Positions 20,719 to 31,085 of a DNA stretch of 64,000 bases are shown here, in pieces (position 1 is the stretch's first letter; each line of letters starts with the position of its first letter). The stretch lies in the NCBI GenBank assembly GCA_963755915.1, contig CAVWLP010000002.1, positions 1,600,001 to 1,664,000 of the forward strand. The letters are read 5' to 3'. The position numbers were made by a program, and so were the translations under genes. This DNA comes from an uncultured Phycisphaerales bacterium (GTDB lineage: Bacteria > Planctomycetota > Phycisphaerae > Tepidisphaerales > Tepidisphaeraceae). The notes under the pieces were generated by a model. The model worked only from the letters and a program-made list of their open reading frames with translations. It was not told where the DNA came from and searched no databases.

Positions 20719-22479
20719 ATGACATACAGCATCAAGCACCGCATTAGTACCACTTTTGTCGTCCTGACATTTTTGTCGGCAAGTCGCATCTTCGCACAGG
20801 ATGCCTCGGATAAAATCCCCGCCGCTTCGCCCACGATCGTCTCCACATTCACAGCCGCCCCAGGAGCGAAATATCCCTTCCGGGAAAACATGTACGAGCC
20901 CCTGCTCCTCCCCGACGGCCGCATCCTCGCGCTTTCGGTAGCGCGCACCAACGGCCAGCAAACCATGCAAGGCCGGTATTCCAATGATGAAGGTCGCACC
21001 TGGACCTCACCCGTCGATCTCTTCCAGTTTCCCCGCGAGGCGGGCGGTTTTGCAATCTTCAATCGGCTCATCGACCGCAATGGAGACATTCATATTTTCA
21101 TTCTTGGCGACGCCAACTCCGGCACACTCTATCCCGCCTCCCAGGAAGCCCCCGCAACTCGCCCCGGAACAATTCTTGAAACCTGGTATGTGAAGTCCTC
21201 CGATCACATGCAGCATTGGAGCACCCCGCGCCGCATCTCCGAGCACGGCGACGACCTCCTTTCCGTCATCCAATTGCGCAGCGGCCGAATCGTCCTCCCC
21301 CTTTCCTTCCAGCGCATCGCCGACTACAACGCCAAGCGCTCCGGCCTCGAGGGATTCACCTACTACGGCAGCTACGGCGTCACCAGTCTCTACTCCGACG
21401 ATGACGGAGACACCTGGAATCAATCACCCGACGTCCTCACCGCCGAAGCCCCCGATCTCAGCACCTATGGCCTCAACGAACCGGTCGCCATTCAACTGAA
21501 CGACGGGCGCGTCTGGATGTTGATGCGCTCACAGTACGGCCGATTTTTCGATTCGTATTCTCCCGACGGTGCCCATTGGTCGCCCGCCGAGCCAACCGAT
21601 CTCATTTCCTCCGACTCCCCCGCGGCCCTGCTTCGCCTCAAAGACGGAAGCATTCTCCTCTTTTCCAACGCCTGCCTGCGCTACCCCTACGCCTACGGCG
21701 GGCGCGAGGTTTTGCACGGCGCCATCTCAACCGACGAAGGCAAAACCTGGCGCGGATTTCGCGAAATACTTCGCGATCCGCTCCGCGCCCAGCCCAGGGA
21801 CTTCCACGGCGACTATGGATATTCCTACACCTTCCCCGTGCTCACCGCGCAGGGAAACGTCCTCTTCACAAATTGGGTCGAACCCGACTGCGGCCAAACG
21901 CGCACTTTCAAACTGCTCGACCCAAACTGGCTACTCCAAACCCATCAGGAAACAGATTTCTCCAACGGACTCGACGACTGGTCGACCTTCGGCACCAAGG
22001 GCGTCGAATGGCGGCAGAACCCGGACAACAAGGACGCTCACGTGCTTTCCGTCCAAAGGGCCGACACCGCCTGGCCGGCCGCCGCCATCTTCAATTTCCC
22101 CATGGGATCCAAAGGCACGCTGAAAATCCGCCTCCAAATAAGGAGCGGATTCCAGGGCGCTCAACTGGGTCTCACCGATCACTTTTCCGTCCCGTGGGAT
22201 AACCAGGACAAGTTCTTTAACGCCTTCAATCTTCAAATCGACCCATCCGGCAGGCTTAGCACCGGCCAATCTCTTTCAACCGATCAGTGGCACGATCTCC
22301 AGTTCAGTTGGGATAGCAACACCGGCGAATGCCAGATCACCGTCGATGGAAACCAGGCCGGATTCGTGCAGGAAAACCGTCGTCCCCTTGGAATAAACTA
22401 TCTCCGGATTCGATCGACTAGCGACGAGCCCGATGCGGGTCTTCTGGTCTCGCATGTCACCGCCGACGTCTCCAACTGA
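20719..22479 (+). CDS. Secreted BNR/Asp-box sialidase-like hydrolase with C-terminal beta-sandwich
   Basis: Signal peptide; SNDEGRTW, SDDDGDTW, SPDGAHW, STDEGKTW; NEP.AIQLNDGRVWMLMR. Confidence 0.8.
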   Translation: MTYSIKHRISTTFVVLTFLSASRIFAQDASDKIPAASPTIVSTFTAAPGAKYPFRENMYEPLLLPDGRILALSVARTNGQQTMQGRYSNDEGRTWTSPVDLFQFPREAGGFAIFNRLIDRNGDIHIFILGDANSGTLYPASQEAPATRPGTILETWYVKSSDHMQHWSTPRRISEHGDDLLSVIQLRSGRIVLPLSFQRIADYNAKRSGLEGFTYYGSYGVTSLYSDDDGDTWNQSPDVLTAEAPDLSTYGLNEPVAIQLNDGRVWMLMRSQYGRFFDSYSPDGAHWSPAEPTDLISSDSPAALLRLKDGSILLFSNACLRYPYAYGGREVLHGAISTDEGKTWRGFREILRDPLRAQPRDFHGDYGYSYTFPVLTAQGNVLFTNWVEPDCGQTRTFKLLDPNWLLQTHQETDFSNGLDDWSTFGTKGVEWRQNPDNKDAHVLSVQRADTAWPAAAIFNFPMGSKGTLKIRLQIRSGFQGAQLGLTDHFSVPWDNQDKFFNAFNLQIDPSGRLSTGQSLSTDQWHDLQFSWDSNTGECQITVDGNQAGFVQENRRPLGINYLRIRSTSDEPDAGLLVSHVTADVSN

Positions 22480-22496
22480 CCGAGCCCGCAATAACG

Positions 22497-24347
22497 TCAT
22501 TCTGCATCGGCAGGCAGCCCCAACGCCTCAAATAGCGGCCCCAGATGCCGCCGGTAATGTCGCCAGCGCCCCACAGATCCGCTGTAAATCGGCTGGCGAA
22601 CCTGCCAGGAACTGATCGTCTGCACCGTCCTCTCCGTTCGATGGAACTCCAGGCATTTGGGATCCCACGCCAAATCCAAAAAGCTGATAATCCGCCGGCT
22701 CTGCCCCTCCAGATCCCCCACGAGTTGCTCGTATTGCACCTGGAGCATCCGCAGCGGAAGCACCTTCAGCCAGTGCTCGATCAGTCGATCCGTCTGCACG
22801 TGATGCCGCCCGCAATCCCGCAGATCCAGCGAAAAAAGACTCCCCGCAATAAATTCCTGAAAAAAACATGAGAGACACGTGTCGCGAGCATCACGCCGGC
22901 AGAAAATAATCCGCGCCGTTGGAAAAAGTGTGGCTATCAATCCCAGCCGCTCCACGTTAGAGGGCATCTTGTCGATCACACGCTTCGCCGCTCTGCCCAA
23001 ATTCCGCAACCGATCCAACTGCTTACCGGCCGCCGCCCTGATCGGACCCGGTCGCCCCTTCGTCGCGCTCAGCGCCACCGCAATATTGCCGATATCCCGC
23101 AGCTCCCCAGCTCCGAAAACCTCCGGATGACTCGACGCAATCTGCTCAACCAGGCTTGTCCCCGAACGCGGCATCCCCACGATGAACACCGGCAATTCCG
23201 AACTCTCCCCCCAACCCCGCGTGAGCTCGAAAAATTTCGCGGTAAACATCTCAATGGCCCCGTCCACCTGTCGCGCAAACTCGCTGCTGCTGTACCGTGC
23301 CCCCGCCGCCTGCCGCATCTTCAGCACAATCGAATTAGCCCGCGAGAATTGCGCGAAGGCCTCATCATATCGATCTGTCTTGTCCAGCATCTTTCCCAGC
23401 GCGTAACTCAGTTTCGATCGATCGCGCAGCGAAATTCTCGGATCCTCCACCAGCGCAAGCAGCTCCTTCAGTTCCGTCTGATTGATGGCTGCCCCCACGC
23501 TGGCCATCAACGCATACGCCTGCACGGCTCCCGGCTCCCGGATAAGGATCTGCCGACAACATTCAGCCGCCTCCTTAAACTGCCCGATCTGCCGCAAGGC
23601 ATACGCAAGATTGATCCACGCAGAGCTTAACTCCGGCGCGATTTCCACCGCCCGGCGAAAGTTAGTCACCGCCTCGCTTCCTCGACCCTGACGCGACAGG
23701 ATCATTCCCCGCGCCGCATGGGTCAGCGGAGAATTCGGCTCCATCGCCGCTCCCCGATTTAAGGTGGTCAGCGCCTCGTCGAATCGATGCAAATCCGCCA
23801 GTGCCGTGGCCACAAAACTGACCGCATCGACGTTTTGCGGCTCGATCCGCATCGCTCGCTGAAAAGCCGAAAGGGCTTCCTCCGCTCGCCCTTGCTCGCG
23901 GAATAGCTGCCCCAAATTAAGTTGCGGCGTCGCCCAATCAGGCTTGTGCCTGCTGGCATCGGTAAAGGCGATTATCGCTTCTTCGAGTTGTCCCAGATCC
24001 TTTAGCGAAAGCCCCAGATTGTTGTGTGCTTCCGAAAAGTTGGATCTGATTAGAATCGCCTCTCGATATGCCTCCACCGCCCCCTCAAGTTCCCTCTTTT
24101 TCATGAACACATTTCCAAGGCTGTTGTGGGCTTCCGCGTAGTCCGGCAGGAAACGGATAGCCCTTCGAATTAATTCCAGGGCCGCGTCCAACTGCCCCGT
24201 ATGGCCCATGACAACTCCCAGGAGATGCAGCGCGTCAGGATTATTCGGCTCCTCTGCCAGAGCCTTGCGGTAGATTCTCTCCGCCTCGTTCAGCTGTCCT
24301 GCCTGCTGTCGTGACATGCCGGATTTAAGCTGCTGTTCCAACGTCAT
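22497..24347 (-). CDS. TPR-repeat sulfotransferase
   Basis: Multiple TPRs; PVFIVGMPRSGTSLVEQI, DKMP.N, RDARDTCLSCF, QVRQPIY. Confidence 0.9.
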   Translation of the reverse strand: MTLEQQLKSGMSRQQAGQLNEAERIYRKALAEEPNNPDALHLLGVVMGHTGQLDAALELIRRAIRFLPDYAEAHNSLGNVFMKKRELEGAVEAYREAILIRSNFSEAHNNLGLSLKDLGQLEEAIIAFTDASRHKPDWATPQLNLGQLFREQGRAEEALSAFQRAMRIEPQNVDAVSFVATALADLHRFDEALTTLNRGAAMEPNSPLTHAARGMILSRQGRGSEAVTNFRRAVEIAPELSSAWINLAYALRQIGQFKEAAECCRQILIREPGAVQAYALMASVGAAINQTELKELLALVEDPRISLRDRSKLSYALGKMLDKTDRYDEAFAQFSRANSIVLKMRQAAGARYSSSEFARQVDGAIEMFTAKFFELTRGWGESSELPVFIVGMPRSGTSLVEQIASSHPEVFGAGELRDIGNIAVALSATKGRPGPIRAAAGKQLDRLRNLGRAAKRVIDKMPSNVERLGLIATLFPTARIIFCRRDARDTCLSCFFQEFIAGSLFSLDLRDCGRHHVQTDRLIEHWLKVLPLRMLQVQYEQLVGDLEGQSRRIISFLDLAWDPKCLEFHRTERTVQTISSWQVRQPIYSGSVGRWRHYRRHLGPLFEALGLPADAE

Positions 24348-24492
24348 ATGCGCTCCTTGGGACCAGAACGGAGCCATGGAGTTTAACGGGAATGACGGAA
24401 TTTAATCTAGACGGTCTCACCCGCGGGGTCATTCCAATATCCGATGAGGAGAGGATCAAAGTCAAAACGATCCGCGACGTCTGTGCGAGATC

Positions 24493-24600
24493 GGACATAT
24501 CCAGAGATTTAACGAGAAATCCAGACATGAGCTCCTGGAGCGGGAGATCCTTTACAGTTTGAAGGAGCTGAAAGTGCTGATCGAGATGTGGCGGAAGCAT
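24493..24600 (+). pseudogene. IS3-family transposase C-terminal remnant
   Basis: Hand translation GHIQRFNEKSRHELLEREILYSLKELKVLIEMWRKH resembles the IS3 ESFNGKLRDELL..EIFY.L.EA...IE.WR motif. Confidence 0.6.
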
Positions 24601-24678
24601 TGGTTGACTCCGTCCAGTGTAAAGGCGAAATCAACCCCGCTCCAATGAGCAGGCCATATATCGGTCATCCCTCGTAAT

Positions 24679-25320
24679 TTGGGCGATCATGCCTCCGGCT
24701 TCGGCGTGGTAGAATCTTCCTCCGTGAACCACCGCCGGCCACTCTTCGTGATGCTCGCCGCGCTTTCACTATCGGTGTCGGTATTGGTCGGGGCTCTGAC
24801 GCTGCGGAGCTTCTCCATCTCAGACGGCATCTCGCATTCAATCGGATCCCGCTTCGCGATCGTTTCCTCCCGCGGAGCCATAAACTTCACATCGTTTAGA
24901 TTTGGACGAGAAAGCCTGCATGAGTCCACCAAGGGTATTATTACCTATTCGTTCGTCGAGGTGTACGCACCGCATCCACGCACAATCGAATACAGCCGCA
25001 CAATCGCAAAACCGCCTGCCCATGCGCTGGTTCATTTTGAACGACTGAAACACACGCCGCTGGCCCTGCCATCGTGGCAGCCAGGTAGAACCGCCGATGT
25101 CGGTTCCTTTCAAACTTTGATGGGCTGGACGGTCTGTGTCCCGTACTGGATAATTTTTGTCGCTGGCGCCGGGTCGACCTGGTTCTTCTGGACGCGGCGT
25201 GCTCCTGTGGACGCGCCGGGCCGCTGCCAAGCCTGCGGATATGATTTGCGAGCAACGCCAGACCGATGCGCGGAGTGTGGCACATTCCCGCCGCCTCAAA
25301 AGGAGATTGCCGCGACCTGA
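24679..25320 (+). CDS. Two-TM membrane protein with C-terminal zinc ribbon
   Basis: Hydrophobic N-terminal helix, VPYW TM, CQACGYDLRATPDRCAECG. Confidence 0.75.
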   Translation: MGDHASGFGVVESSSVNHRRPLFVMLAALSLSVSVLVGALTLRSFSISDGISHSIGSRFAIVSSRGAINFTSFRFGRESLHESTKGIITYSFVEVYAPHPRTIEYSRTIAKPPAHALVHFERLKHTPLALPSWQPGRTADVGSFQTLMGWTVCVPYWIIFVAGAGSTWFFWTRRAPVDAPGRCQACGYDLRATPDRCAECGTFPPPQKEIAAT

Positions 25321-25463
25321 ACCACGCGGCGCAAGTTGCCCTGCACTTCATGTACTACAACGACTGCCGCGTTCACCAAACGCTTCGCGTGACGCCAGCC
25401 ATGCAAGCCGGGCTGGCCGATCATGTTTTGGAGATTGGCGAATTGGTGGGGATGATCGACTGA
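25320..25463 (+). pseudogene. IS1-family transposase C-terminal remnant
   Basis: NHAAQVALHFMYYNDCRVHQTLRVTPAMQAGLADHV resembles the IS1-type C-terminus. Confidence 0.7.
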
Positions 25464-25484
25464 GACGCGGTACAATTCTCGGCA

Positions 25485-26129
25485 ATGAAACGCTTCGCGC
25501 GACCGGTGTTCAATGCAACTGCAATGATCTCACTGGTGCTCTGTTTGGCCACGATGGCGCTGTGGGCGCAGAGCTATTGGCGATTCCTTGATTTCGGAAG
25601 GATTAGCACGTCGCGCGACGCGGTGGCTTATACGCAGCACCTTATACGTATCGGCTCTAACGACGGTCGATATCTCTTTACGTGGCGTGACATCATTTGG
25701 GCTTGGTCCAATCCGTCAACAGCCTACACAAGCAAAACATGGGACGCGTCCAACGGCGTTTATCTGACGCAAAAAAAACCTTTTGATCTTTTCCACAAGT
25801 TTCCGAAGCAGCCGGACTCCGTCGATCGATCTTGGGAACTGGCTTTTGGGGGCTGGCACTACACACGTCTTATCCAGGATTCAATTATCCCCCCTCTGCA
25901 CATGAGCCCGGGTCCCGGTACGAGGGGGATGCTAATTATCGTGCCACACGCCTACATATGCGCCGCTCTGGCAATTCCTCCCATTGTTTTCATGTTGAAG
26001 TGGCGACGGAAGCGCATGGCTGCTCGATTTGGCCTGTGCTCAAATTGCGGCTACGACCTCCGCTCCACACCTGACCGATGCCCGGAATGCGGAACGATCC
26101 CCCCAACAAAAGAAATCATTTCAAACTGA
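25485..26129 (+). CDS. Two-TM membrane protein with C-terminal zinc ribbon (paralog of 24679)
   Basis: SLVLCLATMALWAQSY, IVPH TM, CSNCGYDLRSTPDRCPECG. Confidence 0.8.
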   Translation: MKRFARPVFNATAMISLVLCLATMALWAQSYWRFLDFGRISTSRDAVAYTQHLIRIGSNDGRYLFTWRDIIWAWSNPSTAYTSKTWDASNGVYLTQKKPFDLFHKFPKQPDSVDRSWELAFGGWHYTRLIQDSIIPPLHMSPGPGTRGMLIIVPHAYICAALAIPPIVFMLKWRRKRMAARFGLCSNCGYDLRSTPDRCPECGTIPPTKEIISN

Positions 26130-26138
26130 CTCACTACC
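26119..26138 (-). repeat. Candidate IS1-family terminal inverted repeat
   Basis: Reverse complement GGTAGTGAGTCAGTTTGAAA begins GGTA, like IS1 ends; lies downstream of the IS1 remnant. Confidence 0.5.
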
Positions 26139-26474
26139 GAATCTTCGGCAAACTCGACAAGGAGGGCATACCCTGTTTGCCCTTGCCCTGCCTCGTTGCC
26201 AGCGGAAGCCGGGCATGTCGTATTCGATTGTCAAAGATCAAATAGTCTATGCAGGAATCGAACACACTGCCTTTCCATTCAACCGTGCGCGTTTCCTCCG
26301 AAGCGCGGCGCACTTTGGGTCGCCCTCAGGCAGAAACCGAATACGGACCGAACCTCCCAATGATCATTTCAACCTAACTTCAGTGATGAAAGTACGATAC
26401 GCGTCCTCGTCTCAGCCATTGTCTGTAATATAGACCTATTGCGAACAAATCTATAGATTCATTTCATAAATGCA

Positions 26475-28772
26475 ATGAGGAGTTTAGCAATGCGGCAATC
26501 GTGTATTTTGATTTGTCTTCTTTTTATCTGTCATTTTGCCTTTGCTGATTCGCTGCCGCTGGAATTGCGGATCAGTGTCGATAACACAGGTTTGGGGCCG
26601 ACTGGCGCGAAAATGCCCGCGCGAGTGAGAATAGATTTCCGTGAAATCCTGCACGACCCCACCGCTCGAATTCGGCCCGAAACGCTGAAGCTTTGGCATT
26701 TGAAAAAAGATGGCGTAACCGCGGAGAGCGATCCCGTTCCCGTCCGTTTCGATGATCCCGATCCCAAGCCTGAGAGCTTCTTTTGGGATTTCGTTGGCGG
26801 CGGGGGACAGAGCGGGGATCTGGTCTTTCAGCACCGTGTCGATTCCAGCCCTGTGAGCCATTACCGCCTCGAATTCGAGCAATGGCATCCGCAGGATGGC
26901 CCGGTGTTGCCCTCTCCCACGCCTCAGATCGGCGACTATGACATTCTTCGATACGAAACCGGCGGTCCGATGAGCGGAATATTCCAGACGAAGATCGCCA
27001 TCGCCGACTGGTATGGAGACGGCAATTTGGACATCCTCGCCGGCGACGGCCTGGGACATATCACTATTTATCGCCGGCTCGGCAAGGACTCCTTTGCCTT
27101 TGGGGTGCCGGAACTTCTCAAGGTCAATGGAAAGCCGATCAAGTTCGATTACATGACCGATCTCGACGTCGTCGATTGGAAGGACTCAGGAAAGCTCGAC
27201 CTCATCGTGGCGGATGAAACATCGAATCTGTGGTATGTCGAAAATATCGGCACGAGAACGAACCCGGAATTGGCTCCGCCCGTGCCCCTGCTGGACGCAA
27301 CAGGGCAACAAATCAAGTCCCCCAAAGATCCTTGCAAGGAATTGGACTTCTTCAAAAAAGATTATGCCCCGCTTCCGACCGTTTATGACTATTTCGGTCA
27401 CGGCAAACACGACCTGATATTGGGCGGATACATCACAGGTCAGATGTTCCTATATGAAAACGTAGCAAAAACCGCGCATGAAGCGCCGGTACTCGTATCC
27501 CGAGGCCCTATTCCGGGCGCCGATGGTAATCCGATCGACGTCACATGGTGCGCGTCTCCATCCTTTGGAGATTTGGAAGGCAATGGATTGCCCGTAATGG
27601 TCAGTGGCCATATCGCAGAAAATAAGGCCGCCTTTCATTGGACGAACGAGCCATCACTCTATTTCTTCAGAAACACGGGCACTCGGGATCATCCCGTCTG
27701 GACCCCCGCGGAAATGGGTTTTCCGAAGCACTGGACTGATTTTCCGCCTGACGTCACAACGCCGCGTTTTGTGGATTGGACCGGCGATGGCCGGCTCGAC
27801 ATCATCATGAGCGGACGTTCGGAAATCTTCTTCTTTAAGAATGTGGGCACGCGCACAAAGCCGAAGTTCGAATACCGCGGCCGCTTTCAAATGGCGCACG
27901 GGCCGATGCTGCTTTGCTACAACTACAACGCCATCGCTCCATGCTTCGGCGATCTCGATGGAGATGGCCTGCCCGATTTGATCAGGGGCGGATCCGGAAA
28001 TGATCCCTGGGCCCACATGGTCAGCTTCGACAATGCTCCGCGTTTTGAAGATCGTGGATTGCTCACTGCCGATGGGAAACCCATCTACCACGAATTTCCT
28101 CCCGGCGACGATACCTCGTTTCCCTACCTCTACGATTGGACAAACCACGGATTGCTTGACCTGATTCTGGGGGACGGCGATGGATACGTCTGGTATTACA
28201 AAAACATCGGGACGCGAGCGTCCCCACAATTTGCGGCGGGTACAAAGTTGCTGATGACGGACGGACAACCCCTCTGCGTGGGTCCACCCACTTCAAACGT
28301 CATCAACACGTTCGAAGCGCACAGCGGCAATCGCGCAGTGCCCGCGCCGGCAGACTACGGAAACGGAAAGACCGATCTCATATGCTCCAACGCCAATGGA
28401 GATATTTTCTATTACCGCAATGCGGGGAACGGACGCTTTGAGCCGGGTGTCAAACTCGCCTCCGGCAATAACCGCGCCTTCGTCTGCCCGGTGGATTGGA
28501 ATCATGACGGCAGGATGGGGTTTGTTGCCGTTTGGAGCTCGGGACCCAAGGCAAAATTGTTCCTGAATCGTGGTATTGGGCCCAACGGAATCCCTGATTT
28601 TGACGTCAAAGACATCACCATGCCCTGGATTCCCACGCCACGGCCGCTGGCGATGGATTGGAATCACGATGGGCAGGTCGATCTTCTTTTCGCATCGTCT
28701 TACGCGCTTCTACATTTCGCGGAACATCATTTCGTCGAACATGGGTATGTTGAAGCAACGCTGGAGCGATGA
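26475..28772 (+). CDS. Secreted FG-GAP/VCBS-repeat protein (paralog of 8118)
   Basis: ADWYGDGNLDIL, VDWTGDGRLDII, GDLDGDGLPDLI, DWNHDG; shares GGYITG, DVTWC and F..HGY motifs with the 8118 protein. Confidence 0.85.
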   Translation: MRSLAMRQSCILICLLFICHFAFADSLPLELRISVDNTGLGPTGAKMPARVRIDFREILHDPTARIRPETLKLWHLKKDGVTAESDPVPVRFDDPDPKPESFFWDFVGGGGQSGDLVFQHRVDSSPVSHYRLEFEQWHPQDGPVLPSPTPQIGDYDILRYETGGPMSGIFQTKIAIADWYGDGNLDILAGDGLGHITIYRRLGKDSFAFGVPELLKVNGKPIKFDYMTDLDVVDWKDSGKLDLIVADETSNLWYVENIGTRTNPELAPPVPLLDATGQQIKSPKDPCKELDFFKKDYAPLPTVYDYFGHGKHDLILGGYITGQMFLYENVAKTAHEAPVLVSRGPIPGADGNPIDVTWCASPSFGDLEGNGLPVMVSGHIAENKAAFHWTNEPSLYFFRNTGTRDHPVWTPAEMGFPKHWTDFPPDVTTPRFVDWTGDGRLDIIMSGRSEIFFFKNVGTRTKPKFEYRGRFQMAHGPMLLCYNYNAIAPCFGDLDGDGLPDLIRGGSGNDPWAHMVSFDNAPRFEDRGLLTADGKPIYHEFPPGDDTSFPYLYDWTNHGLLDLILGDGDGYVWYYKNIGTRASPQFAAGTKLLMTDGQPLCVGPPTSNVINTFEAHSGNRAVPAPADYGNGKTDLICSNANGDIFYYRNAGNGRFEPGVKLASGNNRAFVCPVDWNHDGRMGFVAVWSSGPKAKLFLNRGIGPNGIPDFDVKDITMPWIPTPRPLAMDWNHDGQVDLLFASSYALLHFAEHHFVEHGYVEATLER

Positions 28773-28810
28773 GCTGACCTTCCCCACGTTCGGTGGGCGC
28801 GGCCAAATCG

Positions 28811-29671
28811 TCAGTTCAGGCTGGCCTCGAACGCTTCGGGGCTTTGGTAGCCTATCGCCGAGTGACGTCTCTGGCGATTGTAAAACACTTCAATGTACTC
28901 AAAGATCGAACGCCGAGCCTCCGCTTGCGTTGCGTAGTGCTCGTGATAAATGAGCTCCGTCTTCAGCGTGCTGAAAAAGCTCTCCATCACCGCGTTGTCG
29001 TAGCAATTGCCGGTGCGGCTCATGCTCCGCTCCATCCCATGCTCCGCCAGCATCTGTCGATAAGTCTCGCAGGCGTATTGGACACCGCGATCGGAGTGGT
29101 GCAGCAAACCTCGCTCCGGTCGGCGATGTGTCAGCGCCATCGATATCGCTTCCAGACACAGCTCACTTCGCAGATGATCGGCCATCGACCAGCCGACTAT
29201 TTTCCGACTGCACAGGTCGATCACGGCCGCCAGGTATAGGAATCCTTCATCCGTCGGAACGTAGGTGATGTCGCAGCACCACTTGCGGTTGGGCGCCTCA
29301 GTTGCGAACTGGCGGTCCAGCACATTGGCCGCGACCGGCTCATCGTGATTCGAATCGGTGGTATGGACGACGAATCGCCGGCGAATCCGCGATTGCAATC
29401 CGGCCTGTTTCATCAGACGCGCCACCGTGTTCACGCAGACGCTCACCTGCCGATCCGCCAGCTCCGCGTGCACCCGCGGGCTGCCGTAGGTATAGCGACT
29501 CTCCTCATGAACCTCGCGGATCTTCTCAGTCAGCTCTTCCCGGCGCTTGTGCCGCGGGCTGGCTGGACGTTTCAGCCAGGCGTAATACCCGCTGCGGCTG
29601 ACTTCCAGCGCATCGCACAATGCGGCCAGATCGAACGGGTCCCAATGTTCTTTGATCCAGGCGAATCTCAT
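28811..29671 (-). CDS. IS3 transposase OrfB (DDE)
   Basis: YGSPR, WCCDITY, HSDRGVQY, GNCYDNAVMESFF. Confidence 0.95.
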   Translation of the reverse strand: MRFAWIKEHWDPFDLAALCDALEVSRSGYYAWLKRPASPRHKRREELTEKIREVHEESRYTYGSPRVHAELADRQVSVCVNTVARLMKQAGLQSRIRRRFVVHTTDSNHDEPVAANVLDRQFATEAPNRKWCCDITYVPTDEGFLYLAAVIDLCSRKIVGWSMADHLRSELCLEAISMALTHRRPERGLLHHSDRGVQYACETYRQMLAEHGMERSMSRTGNCYDNAVMESFFSTLKTELIYHEHYATQAEARRSIFEYIEVFYNRQRRHSAIGYQSPEAFEASLN

Positions 29672-29970
29672 GGGTTCTGGCTGGCGAAGTAGGCCGTCGC
29701 TTTTTTTAAAATCTCCTTCTCGGTTTCGACCCGCCGCAATTGCTTTTGCAACTCGCGGATGCGGGCCTTGAGCAGCGTCGGATCGTTGGTGTCTGGAAAC
29801 GCGGGCTCCTCAGCCGCGGGCTTGATCAGTCCACGTTTTTTCATCCAGTGATGCACGATGTGCACCGGAAGGCCCAGTTCCTGGGCCGCTTTCCTTTGTG
29901 TGTAGCCTTGATCGGTGACGAGTTTGCAGGCTTCGTCCTGAAACTCCCTGGAATAATGTTTGCGTCCCAT
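29668..29970 (-). CDS. IS3 transposase OrfA (HTH)
   Basis: YSREFQDEA, EKEILKKATAYF; A7 slippery run on the minus strand at 29701-29707. Confidence 0.9.
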   Translation of the reverse strand: MGRKHYSREFQDEACKLVTDQGYTQRKAAQELGLPVHIVHHWMKKRGLIKPAAEEPAFPDTNDPTLLKARIRELQKQLRRVETEKEILKKATAYFASQNP

Positions 29971-30065
29971 GGCAATTCGCTCCTTCAGCCGGATTATCCG
30001 GCTTCAGGCCGCGCCCACCAAACGTGGGGAAGGTCAGAGCTAGCCTCTTGAGAAATCAAAATGGA

Positions 30066-31085
30066 TCACGGATCGCCTTTCAGATATCTCTGCGCCCAAT
30101 CCCAGGTCATGTCGTAAAAGTTTTCGGTGCTCACTGAGTCTGAGCCGGACGGATGATCCATATTCGGATAAACGGCTAGGGCCTTGATTCCCGGAAGCTG
30201 GTCAAACACCGCCTGGATGGTTTGCGGCGGGCAAGTTGTGTCTTTACCGCCGGCACAAAGGAGCGTGGCGGCATGGTTGCGATGGGCAAGGTTGAGCTGG
30301 TCGAAATAATCGAGCGTTGAAAGATTCTGCGGCGTGAGCGCGTGATATCGGTTCAGCAGCGTCTTGGCGAGAGACTCGTGGGCAACGGCGGCAAGACGCA
30401 TGTCGCACAAAAAAGGTATTCTGGCAACGACCGCCTTGATGCGCGGGTCCAGCGCCGCCACAGCCAGTGCAAGCCCACCGCCCTGGCTTATACCAATCGC
30501 GCCGATGCGGTTCGGATCGACATCGGGCCGTGAGCAGAGATAGTCAACGCCTCGAACCATATCCATGTACGCGCCTTGGTAAAAATATCCTTCCGGGCGA
30601 GAGATGTGCCACGTCAGGAAATCAGGACCGTCGATTTTCCAAAGCTCAGCCGATTCCCCCTGAGACCGCGGGCATACATGCAGAATGACATACCCGCGCA
30701 GCGATTCGCTCAATTCCAGTCCCCATCCGTCGCCGCGATATCCGGGCCCCGTGATAATTGCCGGAAATCTCCGAGGCACTTTGCTTCCGGTGTCGTAAGG
30801 TTTGGCGAGATAGGCGCGAATTTTGACGCCGTCGAGACTTTCATAGGTCACCCTGATTTTCACGTACTGCACCGGCTCATTAACCAGTTCCTCCTGGGCG
30901 TTCAGCGACTTGCTTTCCGTACGCTTTAATGTTCGGCTCCAGAAGTCATCGATTTTGTCACTGCTCGGCCGGTTATCGTTGGCCGGTGGAGTGGATTCAG
31001 CGTGACCAATTTGAGCGACAATTTCTAATAGGGACAGAACGAGCAAGATTGTTCTAATTCGCTCGTTATTTATGAAGCTTCGCAT
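30066..31085 (-). CDS. Acetylxylan esterase / cephalosporin-C deacetylase (CE7-like)
   Basis: DDFWSRT, GPGY, RSQG, GISQGGGL, DTTCPP, catalytic His near the C-terminus. Confidence 0.85.
   Translation of the reverse strand: MRSFINNERIRTILLVLSLLEIVAQIGHAESTPPANDNRPSSDKIDDFWSRTLKRTESKSLNAQEELVNEPVQYVKIRVTYESLDGVKIRAYLAKPYDTGSKVPRRFPAIITGPGYRGDGWGLELSESLRGYVILHVCPRSQGESAELWKIDGPDFLTWHISRPEGYFYQGAYMDMVRGVDYLCSRPDVDPNRIGAIGISQGGGLALAVAALDPRIKAVVARIPFLCDMRLAAVAHESLAKTLLNRYHALTPQNLSTLDYFDQLNLAHRNHAATLLCAGGKDTTCPPQTIQAVFDQLPGIKALAVYPNMDHPSGSDSVSTENFYDMTWDWAQRYLKGDP

Larger units (their letters stand above)
28775..30036 (-). mobile_element. Intact IS3-family insertion sequence (1262 bp)
   Basis: IRs TGACCTTCCCCACGTT.GGTGGGCGCGGCC at both ends; 4-bp TSD GAGC (28771-28774 and 30037-30040). 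Confidence 0.95.

Noticed and set aside
26200-26340. Possible ncRNA or boxA-like motif (GATCTTTGACAA on the minus strand)
   Set aside because: No rRNA or recognisable structured RNA follows
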